Positions 18,928 to 28,760 of a DNA stretch of 64,000 nucleotides are shown here, piece by piece. The notes beneath the pieces are model-generated. The model searched no databases. It had not been told where the DNA came from and was given only the letters and a program-made list of their open reading frames with translations. Within the stretch, counting starts at the first letter, position 1. Every line of letters starts with the position of its first letter. Made by a program: the position numbers and the translations under genes. Source of the stretch: Escherichia phage vB_EcoM_E9.1; sequence record PP886230; one strand, written 5' to 3'.

Positions 18928-19788
18928 ATGAAACCTATCCGAGTACTTTCTCTTTTTAATGGAATGAGTGTGGGATATATGGCATTGCAAGATGCTGGTA
19001 TCCCAGTTGAAAAATATTATTCATCCGAAATTGACAAGTACGCAATAGCTGAATCTCAAGCTAACTTTCCTGATATTATCCAATTGGGTGATGTAACTAA
19101 GTGGAGAGAATGGGATATTGAGTGGGATAAAATAGATTTATTAATGGGTGGTTTCCCATGTCAAGCCTGGTCAGTTGCAGGTAAACAGGGTGGTTTAAAT
19201 GATATACGTGGGCAGTTATTTTTAGTAATGGTTGAAATTTTTGATCATATCAAAAGTCTCAATCCTAACTTGAAATTTCTGTTTGAAAATGTTAAAATGA
19301 AGGAAGATTTCAAAGAATACATTAATAGTATTTTAGGAATCACGCCAGTACTGATAAACTCCCAGCATTATACGCCTCACTTCAGGCAGAGATATTACTG
19401 GTACAGTACTGATAAGCTTTTTATACCACCTGCATTATCCAATGCACCTAAACTTCAAGATATTATTGAAGATGGTTGGTACACTGACAGAACCGCTTCG
19501 TACTGTATAGATGCTAACTATTTTAAAGGTGGTGATTGTAACCAGTACTTTAATAAATCCAGACGACAATTGGTGTTTCGTGACCCAGTGATCAGTCGTC
19601 AATATCTATTAGAGAATGGCAAAAGAAATATTGACTATAGACACTTAAGTGTAGTAGAATGTTGTAAATTACAGGGTGTTCCTGAAGATTTCTTTAAAGT
19701 GTCTAGTAAGACACAAGCATACAAAATGCTTGGGAATGGATGGACTATGCCAGTTATATCACATTTACTAAGAGAGATATTCTTTTGA
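18928..19788 (+). CDS. DNA (cytosine-5)-methyltransferase
   Basis: Motif I LFNGMSVG, motif IV GGFPCQAWS (PCQ), motif VI ENV, motif VIII FRQRYYW, C-terminal GNGWTMP; RBS AAAGGA. Confidence 0.8.
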   Translation: MKPIRVLSLFNGMSVGYMALQDAGIPVEKYYSSEIDKYAIAESQANFPDIIQLGDVTKWREWDIEWDKIDLLMGGFPCQAWSVAGKQGGLNDIRGQLFLVMVEIFDHIKSLNPNLKFLFENVKMKEDFKEYINSILGITPVLINSQHYTPHFRQRYYWYSTDKLFIPPALSNAPKLQDIIEDGWYTDRTASYCIDANYFKGGDCNQYFNKSRRQLVFRDPVISRQYLLENGKRNIDYRHLSVVECCKLQGVPEDFFKVSSKTQAYKMLGNGWTMPVISHLLREIFF

Positions 19789-20270
19789 ACATAAACAAAT
19801 ACCAAACTTATATAAAACGTACAGAAAGTTTCAAACGGCTGGCTGTAAAATCTGAATTAGAATTTAATTTGTATTATCCTAATATTGGTGATGAGGTATT
19901 TTATTGCTCTCATTCAAAGAATGGAACTTTACTTAAATCGGGTAAAGGAACTATTGTTGATATGACCGCAAATTTCAGAGGTAAACTTAATGTAATGTAC
20001 AAAGTACAAGATTCAAGTACTGAGTGTATTCATGAAGTGATGCATAACATACCTGCATATCCAAAAGATTTTGTTCAGCTAATATCTCGAAGGGAGAAAC
20101 CTATGTTTTATTGTGGTTACGACAAATTAACCAAACAAATTATTCCTAATACTATGGGAAAATTTAAAAGTGATGTGAAATCTGAACTTGAAAAGAAATT
20201 TGGCACGTCATGGGAAACTGAAAACGAGTTTATCGAAATTCGTTTAATTGAAATTACTATACTTGAATAA
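19740..20270 (+). CDS. hypothetical protein (start uncertain)
   Basis: Track ORF overlapping the methyltransferase 3' end by 48 nt; alternative TTG start at 19785. Confidence 0.5.
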   Translation: MDYASYITFTKRDILLNINKYQTYIKRTESFKRLAVKSELEFNLYYPNIGDEVFYCSHSKNGTLLKSGKGTIVDMTANFRGKLNVMYKVQDSSTECIHEVMHNIPAYPKDFVQLISRREKPMFYCGYDKLTKQIIPNTMGKFKSDVKSELEKKFGTSWETENEFIEIRLIEITILE

Positions 20271-20274
20271 TTAC

Positions 20275-20299
20275 AAATCCACGCATTGCGTGGATTTTT
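20275..20299 (+). terminator. intrinsic terminator
   Basis: ATCCACGC-ATT-GCGTGGAT hairpin followed by TTTTT. Confidence 0.65.
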
Positions 20300-20312
20300 C
20301 ACAGGTGCATAT

Positions 20313-20828
20313 ATGCCAATTCCTTATGTTAAAATTATTAATAATATTCTCGATTCATGGGAAGATGTTATTACGGGTAAAAAGCAACCATCACCAGTAC
20401 ATGCTTTATCTGGGAAACTTCAATTCAGAATGTCAAACCAAACTGAAACATTTAATAATCATGATATTTGCATTACATTAAAAACACCTATTAGTATTGT
20501 AATTAAAAAAAATAAAGATGATGAATTGACATTATCTATTGGTCGTGATAAAATCATTTTAAGTAATTTGTCTGAAGAAGAATTCTTTCAAAGAAGTACT
20601 ATTATCGATATGAAAGATTTCACATATGAATCATTGGTTGAACTCAATACACGTTTTAACGATATTCAGGAACGATTGCGACCAATTCTTCGTATCGAAG
20701 AAGAAGCCTGGATTGAAAGTATTAGGAAGATGCAAGAAATGTTGAAAGAAAATATTAACAATCTGGGTAAAGCTACAATGGAATTTGGTAAAACTTTTAA
20801 ACTGAACTTTTCAAAGGATCGTAAATGA
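20313..20828 (+). CDS. EE-x-FFQ family small protein
   Basis: C-terminal ...EEEFFQRSTIIDMKDFTYESLVEL...; start moved to ATG 20313 downstream of terminator, RBS AGGTG. Confidence 0.6.
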   Translation: MPIPYVKIINNILDSWEDVITGKKQPSPVHALSGKLQFRMSNQTETFNNHDICITLKTPISIVIKKNKDDELTLSIGRDKIILSNLSEEEFFQRSTIIDMKDFTYESLVELNTRFNDIQERLRPILRIEEEAWIESIRKMQEMLKENINNLGKATMEFGKTFKLNFSKDRK

Positions 20829-21280
20829 AAATTGATAATTTGATTCATGTTTTAGGATCTTTACATAAAATATTATCACATCTACATGAGATAAAGAAAC
20901 TGGGATTTAACATCTCAAATTCAATTGAAACTACATTTAAATATCAATCAATTACTGGTGATGGTTATTACATAATCGAATATACTTATGAAACCGATCC
21001 AGACTTCTATCCTCTTACGTTGAGAATTTATCCAACAAATCCGAGAGGAATTCACGACATATCATCAATTTCACTTGATCCAGATGGTGAAACGAGTATT
21101 GAATACAATAATGATTCAAAACCAGAATTTTACATTGATGATATTAAAATGATGTTCAACGATGAATATGTGTTCCAGCAAAGTACAGTGCATGATGTTG
21201 GAAGTACTAATGGACAATTTTGGAATACATGTTATTATCATATGATTGAAATTTGTAAATTACTAAAAGGTGATGATTAA
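20825..21280 (+). CDS. EE-x-FFQ family small protein
   Basis: C-terminal ...NDEYVFQQSTVHDVGS...; ATGA overlap. Confidence 0.6.
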   Translation: MKIDNLIHVLGSLHKILSHLHEIKKLGFNISNSIETTFKYQSITGDGYYIIEYTYETDPDFYPLTLRIYPTNPRGIHDISSISLDPDGETSIEYNNDSKPEFYIDDIKMMFNDEYVFQQSTVHDVGSTNGQFWNTCYYHMIEICKLLKGDD

Positions 21281-21663
21281 TGAAATACAGCATTGAAGTA
21301 CATTACACTACAGGGGACACTGAAACTGAAGATTCAGTTACCAATACATTGGATGTTCAATGGGAATCAAAGGATGAGGCAGTTGTAGCATTACAGTCTT
21401 TGAAAGAGCATTGGGTATTCTTTAAGAAACTCGATGATGCATATAGTAACGAACGTGCGACAATAATCGATGAAGCCAAACATAAAGAATGGTTTGATCC
21501 AATGTCATGTGAATTCTCTTTCTTTGTAAAAATTGGAGATAAAAAAATTCCAGTACGAACACCGTGGAACGGCTACTTTGAAACTCTTCATAATGCACGA
21601 GTTGTCGCTGTTGATAATCCTGAGCAAATCGATTTCGATTCATTGGACTGGAAAAAACTATGA
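21280..21663 (+). CDS. hypothetical protein
   Basis: Track ORF; coupled start. Confidence 0.55.
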   Translation: MKYSIEVHYTTGDTETEDSVTNTLDVQWESKDEAVVALQSLKEHWVFFKKLDDAYSNERATIIDEAKHKEWFDPMSCEFSFFVKIGDKKIPVRTPWNGYFETLHNARVVAVDNPEQIDFDSLDWKKL

Positions 21664-22103
21664 CAGTACTGCACCAATTGAAGAAGGTTAAGCATCCAGT
21701 TGTATACGAGGATTGGAAACGACAGAAGTTGATGGGTGATTTTTATTTCCCAAAATCTAAAGTACTAGCAACGTCAAAAGCTATATACTTGAAATATAAG
21801 GATGAAGATTGTTTGTGTATTCAAATGGGATTCCATCCTAAAGTTGGTTTGTTTACAACAAATCAAACATTTTATAAATTTAGAATTCAAAAAGATACAT
21901 TTAGTATTCATATCGAAAAACATGATGTACAAGATACAATTTATCGTGTGGAAAGTGAGCCTTTGAATCTTGTTGAGATCCCGTACAATAATTTAGAAGA
22001 AATGTACTTTCAGCAGTTGACAATACAAGAAGACTTTGGTATGATAGGACTTCAAGAGTTAGAGATGATTAAACAAATTCGTGATATCTACTTTAAGGAG
22101 TAA
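21660..22103 (+). CDS. EE-x-FFQ family small protein
   Basis: C-terminal ...EEMYFQQLTIQEDFGMIGLQELEMI... Confidence 0.6.
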   Translation: MTVLHQLKKVKHPVVYEDWKRQKLMGDFYFPKSKVLATSKAIYLKYKDEDCLCIQMGFHPKVGLFTTNQTFYKFRIQKDTFSIHIEKHDVQDTIYRVESEPLNLVEIPYNNLEEMYFQQLTIQEDFGMIGLQELEMIKQIRDIYFKE

Positions 22104-22105
22104 CT

Positions 22106-22249
22106 ATGCCAGTACGTAACAGTACTTCACGCTTTACGCTTCAACAGAAAGCAGATCTTTTGAATATGGCAAACAAAGATTCTAATTTTCACTATCTAGT
22201 GCTCGGTGGGTCAGTAGAAAAGATTGACCTACGTGAGTGTATGAAATAA
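22106..22249 (+). CDS. small protein (47 aa)
   Basis: Below track cutoff; ATG 7 nt after strong RBS AAGGAG. Confidence 0.45.
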   Translation: MPVRNSTSRFTLQQKADLLNMANKDSNFHYLVLGGSVEKIDLRECMK

Positions 22250-22263
22250 CAAAAGGGGCTAAA

Positions 22264-22434
22264 ATGAGTTTACGTGAATCATGGGAACAATTTAAAGAAG
22301 AGATTGGTTATCGTGGTGTTAAGATTGAACCAATCAATCGTACTGAAAGCATCAAAGCTAGTACTAATGGTACTACCTATGATCGTTATGATGAAAAGTA
22401 TGGTTTACATTCTAAACCAAAGGATACTGAGTAA
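22264..22434 (+). CDS. small protein
   Basis: Internal ATG of track ORF 22237..22434 behind RBS AAGGGG. Confidence 0.4.
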   Translation: MSLRESWEQFKEEIGYRGVKIEPINRTESIKASTNGTTYDRYDEKYGLHSKPKDTE

Positions 22435-22577
22435 TGGTGTATACTAATATTTTTACTGGTATTATGCGTAAATTTATTAATGGTACTGGATACGTATCTA
22501 ATGACAACGGTAGTACATGGGTAAAAAATAATACGTCTGAATCTTTAGTAAAAAGTCTTCCGTATTATAAAGCTTGA
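22434..22577 (+). CDS. small protein (47 aa)
   Basis: Below track cutoff; TAATG coupling to upstream gene. Confidence 0.35.
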   Translation: MVYTNIFTGIMRKFINGTGYVSNDNGSTWVKNNTSESLVKSLPYYKA

Positions 22578-22634
22578 CACATGAAAATGGAGTATATATA
22601 ATACTCCTATATTAATTAAACGAGGATATACGAA

Positions 22635-23207
22635 ATGGCTGGTGTTGATAAAATTTGTGAATTCAGTTCAGATTATGAAGGTTACGAGATGTACAAGTCC
22701 AAGCGTAATCACATTCAAGTACTGTCAAAGTACCGTAAAGAATTCCGAGGACACAAAGCAACATTGTATGTTTTTGAGAATGGATATTCTGAAGTTTTCA
22801 CAAGTGGTGGGTACAGTACAGCTAACATGGCACATATCAACCCAAACCCAACTGAAGATGATTGGAATAGTGGTAACGCTTTTCGTATTTCAATTTTGAA
22901 TAAAATGAATCGTTACGACCGTTATTGTACATTCTTTGAAAATATTTCAGAATACAAGCAAGCATTAAAGAAATATAATCAACGCTTACTAATGAATTAT
23001 GATTACATTCTTCATGTGCCAACTGTTCCAGGTCAGGTTAATGGTCTGTATACGAATAGTACACATGATTTAACTGCGGTGAAGCGTCGCCTCAAACGTA
23101 TGTTGGGTTGTCGTAATTTAACAATCAAGGTTGTGCGTAATGAATCAATGTATAACTTTTTAGATGTACTACACTACACATTGAAGGATAATAATGGAAA
23201 CGATTAA
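22635..23207 (+). CDS. hypothetical protein
   Basis: Track ORF; RBS GAGGA. Confidence 0.55.
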   Translation: MAGVDKICEFSSDYEGYEMYKSKRNHIQVLSKYRKEFRGHKATLYVFENGYSEVFTSGGYSTANMAHINPNPTEDDWNSGNAFRISILNKMNRYDRYCTFFENISEYKQALKKYNQRLLMNYDYILHVPTVPGQVNGLYTNSTHDLTAVKRRLKRMLGCRNLTIKVVRNESMYNFLDVLHYTLKDNNGND

Positions 23208-23391
23208 GTTTATGTTTGAGGTGTTTGTTGCATTCATCTTATGTGCTGTGTCTATTACTATTGCTTTAATCCCAGTAATCGTTTACCAAGTTAATGGTGG
23301 GACAGATCCAACAATTGATATTTTACTTCGTTGTTTCGGGTTTTTTATATGGTTGGCGATGTTTATGTACTACATGCATCTTGAGGATTGA
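23194..23391 (+). CDS. small membrane protein
   Basis: Track ORF; two hydrophobic helices. Confidence 0.45.
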   Translation: METIKFMFEVFVAFILCAVSITIALIPVIVYQVNGGTDPTIDILLRCFGFFIWLAMFMYYMHLED

Positions 23392-24224
23392 TTATGTCAT
23401 TAGAAAAAATAATCATTTCTGAATTCCGAAAGTATATCATGGATTGTGATAGAGATGTACAGCGTAAGTTCAATGAGTACCTTGACAAATATCCGTATTT
23501 GATGTTTAATCCGTTTGAAACTGATGATGATTTATATCTTGGTTTTTACATAGGATTTACTCAACGAATTCTTCATAAAGATGAAATGAAACAATCTGAG
23601 ATTTGGGTAGAAACTGACTCATCAGAGTCTAATGTTTTTTATCTTTATACATATTATGCCGAAATTGTTAGAGATACGACACCTGATGGTTGTCTATTTG
23701 TACAATCTTCTGATATTGAAAGAATATATATCGAACCTGTATCTTTGGATATGGTGGCACAGCTTCCAACTATCCAAGAACTAGGTGCAGACGAATTAAC
23801 TTATTCTGTATTTGAATATCTAAATAGAGATGATTTGACTCAAGAAATTGATAAAATGGTTTCTAGATATACTTCATCACTTATTTCGAATGGTAAACTT
23901 AAATTAGAATTAATTTTTGAAGATACTAGTATTAATCCAGTAAGAGGGGTTACAATTGGAAAAGTTACCATACGTGTTGTTTACGATAATGAAGTACTAG
24001 GATATATTTCAAAACGTGGACATGATTTATGTATAATTAGTACATTCGTTATTTCTCGTAAAAAATGGAATGATTTAATGCAAAAAATCGTGGACGGCAG
24101 TAAAATTCGTGATATAATATGTAATGACATGGTAATTATGAATCCTGATGTTGACTGTGATGTATATTTTCCAGTTCCTGGATTTACACGAGAAAACTTT
24201 AGTAAATTGAAGGATACGAAATGA
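23388..24224 (+). CDS. hypothetical protein
   Basis: Track ORF; ATGA overlap. Confidence 0.55.
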   Translation: MIMSLEKIIISEFRKYIMDCDRDVQRKFNEYLDKYPYLMFNPFETDDDLYLGFYIGFTQRILHKDEMKQSEIWVETDSSESNVFYLYTYYAEIVRDTTPDGCLFVQSSDIERIYIEPVSLDMVAQLPTIQELGADELTYSVFEYLNRDDLTQEIDKMVSRYTSSLISNGKLKLELIFEDTSINPVRGVTIGKVTIRVVYDNEVLGYISKRGHDLCIISTFVISRKKWNDLMQKIVDGSKIRDIICNDMVIMNPDVDCDVYFPVPGFTRENFSKLKDTK

Positions 24225-24511
24225 AAATTTTAGAAGTCTTGCTAGAAAAAGATGCATCTGGTACTCTTTATGTTGGTAATGAGTTCAGTCCAGATCCAAT
24301 TGATATGTTACAGAGAATCCAAACACTGACTCAAAACATCTCGGTTAAAAAACCGTTTCAGAAAGAATTGGAAATCTTTTGTGATAAAGATATTGAACAG
24401 CATGATAATGTGATTTCAGATATTAAAAGTCTATTGACAAAAAATGGTTATGTAGAGTATAATCCTCCTATCGTAATCGTTATTCCAGACTTCATGAAAG
24501 GAACAATCTAA
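24221..24511 (+). CDS. hypothetical protein
   Basis: Track ORF; ATGA overlap. Confidence 0.5.
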   Translation: MKILEVLLEKDASGTLYVGNEFSPDPIDMLQRIQTLTQNISVKKPFQKELEIFCDKDIEQHDNVISDIKSLLTKNGYVEYNPPIVIVIPDFMKGTI

Positions 24512-24780
24512 TGACTAAAGACGAAATGAAATCTCGCTTAAGCGAACTGAAGAAAGAACGTAAACTAGTACGTTTAGACTGGGATATCCTTAACAGGAAA
24601 GATGAGCAATCATATGCTAACTGGAGTTCTGATAAAGTACGAAATGACCGTTCTAAAGAAGATGCAAAGCAATTCATGGCATTATCGAAGCGACTATCAT
24701 CTTTGAACAGTGAAATTACTGGCCTTCAGAAAGAGATCATTTCCATTCTTAAAGCGGAGATTGAATCACTCTATGAATAA
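24511..24780 (+). CDS. hypothetical coiled-coil protein
   Basis: Track ORF. Confidence 0.5.
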   Translation: MTKDEMKSRLSELKKERKLVRLDWDILNRKDEQSYANWSSDKVRNDRSKEDAKQFMALSKRLSSLNSEITGLQKEIISILKAEIESLYE

Positions 24781-25069
24781 ACATGAAGTAATTCATTTTG
24801 ATGATAAGATCTATATTCCAAATATTGATAGTACTGAAACATATTACCTAATCAATAAGATTATGGCTGAAACAAATACGTGTTGTCGTCAACAGCCAGG
24901 AAAATATGAGTTCAGTCAGACTATTGGTTATTACCGATATGATATGTTAGAATCATTTACAATTGATAAGTCTAAAGTTATTGACATTCTTGTACAGAAT
25001 GGATATAATGAACAACGTGTAAATGATACAGATTTACCAGTTTCAAAAATTGTTCTTTCTAATAATTAA
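24773..25069 (+). CDS. hypothetical protein
   Basis: Internal ATG of track ORF 24710..25069. Confidence 0.45.
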   Translation: MNKHEVIHFDDKIYIPNIDSTETYYLINKIMAETNTCCRQQPGKYEFSQTIGYYRYDMLESFTIDKSKVIDILVQNGYNEQRVNDTDLPVSKIVLSNN

Positions 25070-25072
25070 AAA

Positions 25073-25101
25073 TTGGACAAGAACAGATATTGTGATATAA
25101 T
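25073..25101 (+). promoter_or_regulatory. sigma70-like promoter, extended -10
   Basis: TTGGAC-N17-TGTGATATAAT. Confidence 0.5.
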
Positions 25102-25136
25102 GTTTGTTATCGGCAGATATTAAAATGCAAACCATT

Positions 25137-25156
25137 CCTCAATGATGAGGGTTTTT
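25137..25156 (+). promoter_or_regulatory. leader hairpin + T-run (possible attenuator)
   Basis: CCTCA-ATGA-TGAGG followed by GTTTTT, between promoter 25073 and CDS 25185. Confidence 0.3.
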
Positions 25157-25184
25157 CATAAAAAAGAAATAAAAGGGTATTAAA

Positions 25185-25394
25185 ATGGCTAAAGAAACTA
25201 ACGCACAAGTACTAGATATCACCGACTTCGACCGCACTGTGAACTACATTCAATTCCAGATTCATCAAGCAGAAGAAGCTCTAGCAGTATTCCACGGTAC
25301 TGGTGCAAGGCCAATCCGTTTTGCTCACTTGATTGCATGGAAGAAAAGTCTTCAAGAAGAACTATCTGAACTGCGTAAAGCAAATCGTAAGTAA
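25185..25394 (+). CDS. hypothetical protein
   Basis: Track ORF; RBS AAAGGG. Confidence 0.5.
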   Translation: MAKETNAQVLDITDFDRTVNYIQFQIHQAEEALAVFHGTGARPIRFAHLIAWKKSLQEELSELRKANRK

Positions 25395-25405
25395 TTTATC
25401 TTACC

Positions 25406-25432
25406 GCCTCATCATTTTTGATGGGGCATTTT
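25406..25432 (+). terminator. intrinsic terminator
   Basis: GCCTCATCA-TTTT-TGATGGGGC hairpin followed by ATTTT. Confidence 0.6.
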
Positions 25433-25459
25433 AATCATATAAAGTAAGAGGATTTATAA

Positions 25460-25966
25460 ATGAGTGTTGAATATTGGTTTTTGTTTGTGTGTATTGGTAC
25501 ACTTGCATTAATCACCATTGGATTGATTTTCAATACCATGATTAGTGGAAGTAAGTACTTTAAGACATTCCAACTTTTAATGTCTGCTATGCCATATAGT
25601 GCTGATGCCGAAAAAACAATTTCTCTAATTTTAGATAAGTTCGATGCAAATCTTTTGGTGGCTAAAATTTCAGCATGTGATACAAATATTTCATTCTACT
25701 CGGTAGACACGGATCTAGATGGAATTGATACACAATACTCAAATCCAGTAGTTGCTGAAATTTTCATTGGTTCAAAATATTATGCCTATGGATATGTAAG
25801 AAAATATTATTCAGAAGCAAAAGCTGAGTTGACGAAGAAGCGACCATCAATAAAAACTTTAAAACGCATCATTGCGTTGGAAAAATCACTTCGTGGTCAA
25901 ACAAGCGTTAATGAGCCACCATCAGTGATTAAATCCAAAAAAAGTAATGTTGTGGAGTTGGAGTAA
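25460..25966 (+). CDS. membrane-anchored protein
   Basis: Track ORF; N-terminal TM; RBS AAGAGGA. Confidence 0.5.
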   Translation: MSVEYWFLFVCIGTLALITIGLIFNTMISGSKYFKTFQLLMSAMPYSADAEKTISLILDKFDANLLVAKISACDTNISFYSVDTDLDGIDTQYSNPVVAEIFIGSKYYAYGYVRKYYSEAKAELTKKRPSIKTLKRIIALEKSLRGQTSVNEPPSVIKSKKSNVVELE

Positions 25967-26256
25967 TGGAACCAGAAAAATCAAGAAAAATTCTTATTGA
26001 TGTCCAAACTAAATTACTAGATATTATGGAAATCATCAATGAGTTACCACAGGGTTATCAGTACAAAGTTCGTGAAATGTTATCTTGTGCCGAAACCGTT
26101 GTTTCTATGTACGATGATATTCAACATGGTATTATCCCTGATATTCTCAAAGATGACGTAAATATTAACACTGAGGTAAAAGAAACTAAATTAGAATCAG
26201 AAACAGTATCTAATAAAAAAGTTCTAGACCTTAGTGGTATAAAAATTAATATCTAA
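25966..26256 (+). CDS. hypothetical protein
   Basis: Track ORF; coupled start. Confidence 0.5.
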   Translation: MEPEKSRKILIDVQTKLLDIMEIINELPQGYQYKVREMLSCAETVVSMYDDIQHGIIPDILKDDVNINTEVKETKLESETVSNKKVLDLSGIKINI

Positions 26257-26278
26257 AAAACATCCAATAGGAGAAGTA

Positions 26279-26428
26279 ATGAGTAATCAAAAAATCGACT
26301 TAGTAGTAAAACTTCAAGAGATTCAAGCACTAGCTAAAGACCTTGATAACACACGTGCATCAGTAGTTGATTCACTATGTGCAACAATCCTGACTGTTTT
26401 TACAGATTACGAAAAGAAATCTGATTAA
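26279..26428 (+). CDS. small protein (49 aa)
   Basis: Below track cutoff; RBS AGGAGAAG then ATG. Confidence 0.4.
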   Translation: MSNQKIDLVVKLQEIQALAKDLDNTRASVVDSLCATILTVFTDYEKKSD

Positions 26429-26440
26429 ACGTTACTTTGT

Positions 26441-26470
26441 AAATACCCAGTCAAGTACTGGGTATTTTTA
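26441..26470 (+). terminator. intrinsic terminator
   Basis: AAATACCCAGT-loop-ACTGGGTATTT hairpin followed by TTTAT. Confidence 0.65.
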
Positions 26471-26482
26471 TAAGGAAATAAA

Positions 26483-26875
26483 ATGACTGAATCAGAACTA
26501 CACGAAATGATAGATTTCATTTATGAAATGGTACAAGATAAAAATAACATCAATACAATTGCATCAGGCCCAAGACAAATTGGTAACCAAATAACATATT
26601 CTTTGTCCTTATGGTTACACCCGTGCATTAAGGTTGATTGTTTGTATTTCCGTCCTGATATTGATGCTTATTATTTTGTCAATCATGATGCATTAATGAA
26701 ACCACATAATCGTCCAGTTGATGATACCTTTGTGACACACCCATTTTACCTGGCTGATTCCGAAGAAGATGAGTTTCAAAAGAACACAACGTTAAGCCCA
26801 GGTGAAATTTGCATCCCTTACACACTAAAAGATAAAATGATTTACATCACAGAAGTTATGAAAACATGCTGGTAG
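26483..26875 (+). CDS. EE-x-FFQ family small protein (divergent)
   Basis: C-terminal ...SEEDEFQKNTTLSPGE... Confidence 0.5.
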   Translation: MTESELHEMIDFIYEMVQDKNNINTIASGPRQIGNQITYSLSLWLHPCIKVDCLYFRPDIDAYYFVNHDALMKPHNRPVDDTFVTHPFYLADSEEDEFQKNTTLSPGEICIPYTLKDKMIYITEVMKTCW

Positions 26876-26922
26876 ATGCAATGAAACTCTGATATAATAC
26901 TATGACTTACTAAGGAGAACAT

Positions 26923-27492
26923 ATGAACTTTATTAAATTCAACACATATGAGTCAGAAGCATACTTTAATACAAATAATAAATTTAATATTATTCTTAAA
27001 GACGGAACGGTTGTTATCGGAGTATCATTGCTTTCATTTGATGGCGAAAAACTCAAAACTGTTTATAAATTCACCAATCTTGATGGTGATTACTGGGATA
27101 CGTCAGATGTATCTAAAATTTGCACACATTATGTATTTGAATCTATTGAAGTTGGTGATGGCTGGGCATTGACCTGTAATGGTAATAAAGTATTTTCTGG
27201 TAACATATTTGGAGTAATTTCCAGTAAAGAAATCGTAGACCATCATCTTCATGTTCTCAATAATAACGCCAACACTTATACACCTGATAATATCAAAATT
27301 CACGATATTGTAACATATACTGATTATAATGGTTTCAGACATAAAGCAATCGTAACTGAAGTTAAAAAACCAAAAAATTATTTCGACCACGGTTTAATTG
27401 AAGTATATATGGTAGGTGGCGAAAAACAATACTTTGATCATTTCACTTATACTGGTTGGGATAGATTCCTAACCGTTATTGAGGAATACTAA
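26923..27492 (+). CDS. hypothetical protein
   Basis: Track ORF; RBS AAGGAG. Confidence 0.55.
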   Translation: MNFIKFNTYESEAYFNTNNKFNIILKDGTVVIGVSLLSFDGEKLKTVYKFTNLDGDYWDTSDVSKICTHYVFESIEVGDGWALTCNGNKVFSGNIFGVISSKEIVDHHLHVLNNNANTYTPDNIKIHDIVTYTDYNGFRHKAIVTEVKKPKNYFDHGLIEVYMVGGEKQYFDHFTYTGWDRFLTVIEEY

Positions 27493-27493
27493 C

Positions 27494-27982
27494 ATGCCGA
27501 TTCGTGGTGTCCCAGAACCATTAATGGAAGTTATTAAGCATGTTCGCATTGGAGATCGAGAAGTTAATCTTCGCCGTAATAACATTTATTACTTTAAAAC
27601 TTCAGAAATGAGTTCTGTGCAGATTGTCATTGGTACATCTATTAAGATTACTCGTGTACTTGATGGTAGTACTGACTTCGTTGAATATAATGTACTTACT
27701 AATAAAGTAACGCATATATATAAATGGAGTGGGTATAAAACTATTAAGTATGAATTTGACTTAGCTAGAACTGAAGAAGAACGATTTATGCTGAGTACTA
27801 TCAATCCGGCAAACTATCCCGATCTTGATGCATTTTTGCTAATTTTAAAATTGTATAATGAAGCAAATCAGAAAGCTAAAGAGTATGATAGAATCATGTA
27901 TGAACGCCGAAAAGAACGTGCACAAAAAAGTTATGATCTGTATGATAGCCCATACGTGAAATATAGTAAGGGGTCGAAATGA
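27494..27982 (+). CDS. EE-x-FFQ family small protein (divergent)
   Basis: ...RTEEERFMLSTINPANYPDLDAF...; start moved to ATG 27494 behind GAGGAA. Confidence 0.5.
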   Translation: MPIRGVPEPLMEVIKHVRIGDREVNLRRNNIYYFKTSEMSSVQIVIGTSIKITRVLDGSTDFVEYNVLTNKVTHIYKWSGYKTIKYEFDLARTEEERFMLSTINPANYPDLDAFLLILKLYNEANQKAKEYDRIMYERRKERAQKSYDLYDSPYVKYSKGSK

Positions 27983-28383
27983 ATAACGAAGTTCAAATTG
28001 TCATTACTCCACCTATACAAAGTCTGGATGTATCCATTAGTGATTTTTTGGAAAAATACTATGAATGGTTTAATGAAGATTCAGTAATTTATAACCATTC
28101 ATTACCTGATGGTTTCGTTGAGCTTATTGAATTAAATGCCAAATCACTATACTTCTGTGTTGAATATAATGATTATATGACAGATGAAGCATATCGTTTT
28201 CGTTGTACATTGTATCCTAACCATTTTTCCATTGGTTATAAAGACTATCAGTACTGTACCACTAACTATAGTGTTGAGGAAGAATTTCAGTACAATTTAC
28301 TTTATCCTGATTTAGATTATACGATTGCAGTACTGTTGACTAAAATCATGGATTTTTATAAAGATAAATATAATGCAGCCTAA
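27979..28383 (+). CDS. EE-x-FFQ family small protein (divergent)
   Basis: ...SVEEEFQYNLLYPDLDYTIAVL...; ATGA overlap. Confidence 0.5.
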   Translation: MNNEVQIVITPPIQSLDVSISDFLEKYYEWFNEDSVIYNHSLPDGFVELIELNAKSLYFCVEYNDYMTDEAYRFRCTLYPNHFSIGYKDYQYCTTNYSVEEEFQYNLLYPDLDYTIAVLLTKIMDFYKDKYNAA

Positions 28384-28558
28384 GACATTTGATGAGTGGT
28401 TTAATCTACACTATAATATAAATGCAGCAGATATATACTATTTTAAGCTTGAATTGTATATATCATTGCGTAACCCAATTGAGTACTATAACAACATTAT
28501 CAATTGTGATGATTTTGGTACATATTTTAGTATAGCCGTTATGGATATTAAGAGATGA
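28373..28558 (+). CDS. hypothetical small protein
   Basis: Track ORF. Confidence 0.35.
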   Translation: MQPKTFDEWFNLHYNINAADIYYFKLELYISLRNPIEYYNNIINCDDFGTYFSIAVMDIKR

Positions 28559-28734
28559 CACATGAAGAATGGATGGCAATGATGAAAAAACGTTATGACC
28601 AGTTTGGAAATGGATTTATTGATGGTCATTTCGATATTTTACGAGACAAATATAAGTTCGAATCATATGTACTAGATGAGAATGGAAATCGTTGGTTCAT
28701 CTATGAGCTTGCGGTTAGAGACAAAAAAATATAA
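28555..28734 (+). CDS. MTHEEWM-family small protein (59 aa)
   Basis: Below track cutoff; MTHEEWMAMMKKRYDQFGNGFIDGHFDILRDKYKFESYVLDENGNRWFIYELAVRDKKI. Confidence 0.5.
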   Translation: MTHEEWMAMMKKRYDQFGNGFIDGHFDILRDKYKFESYVLDENGNRWFIYELAVRDKKI

Positions 28735-28760
28735 TAACCTTTTCCATTGTCCATTGCAAT

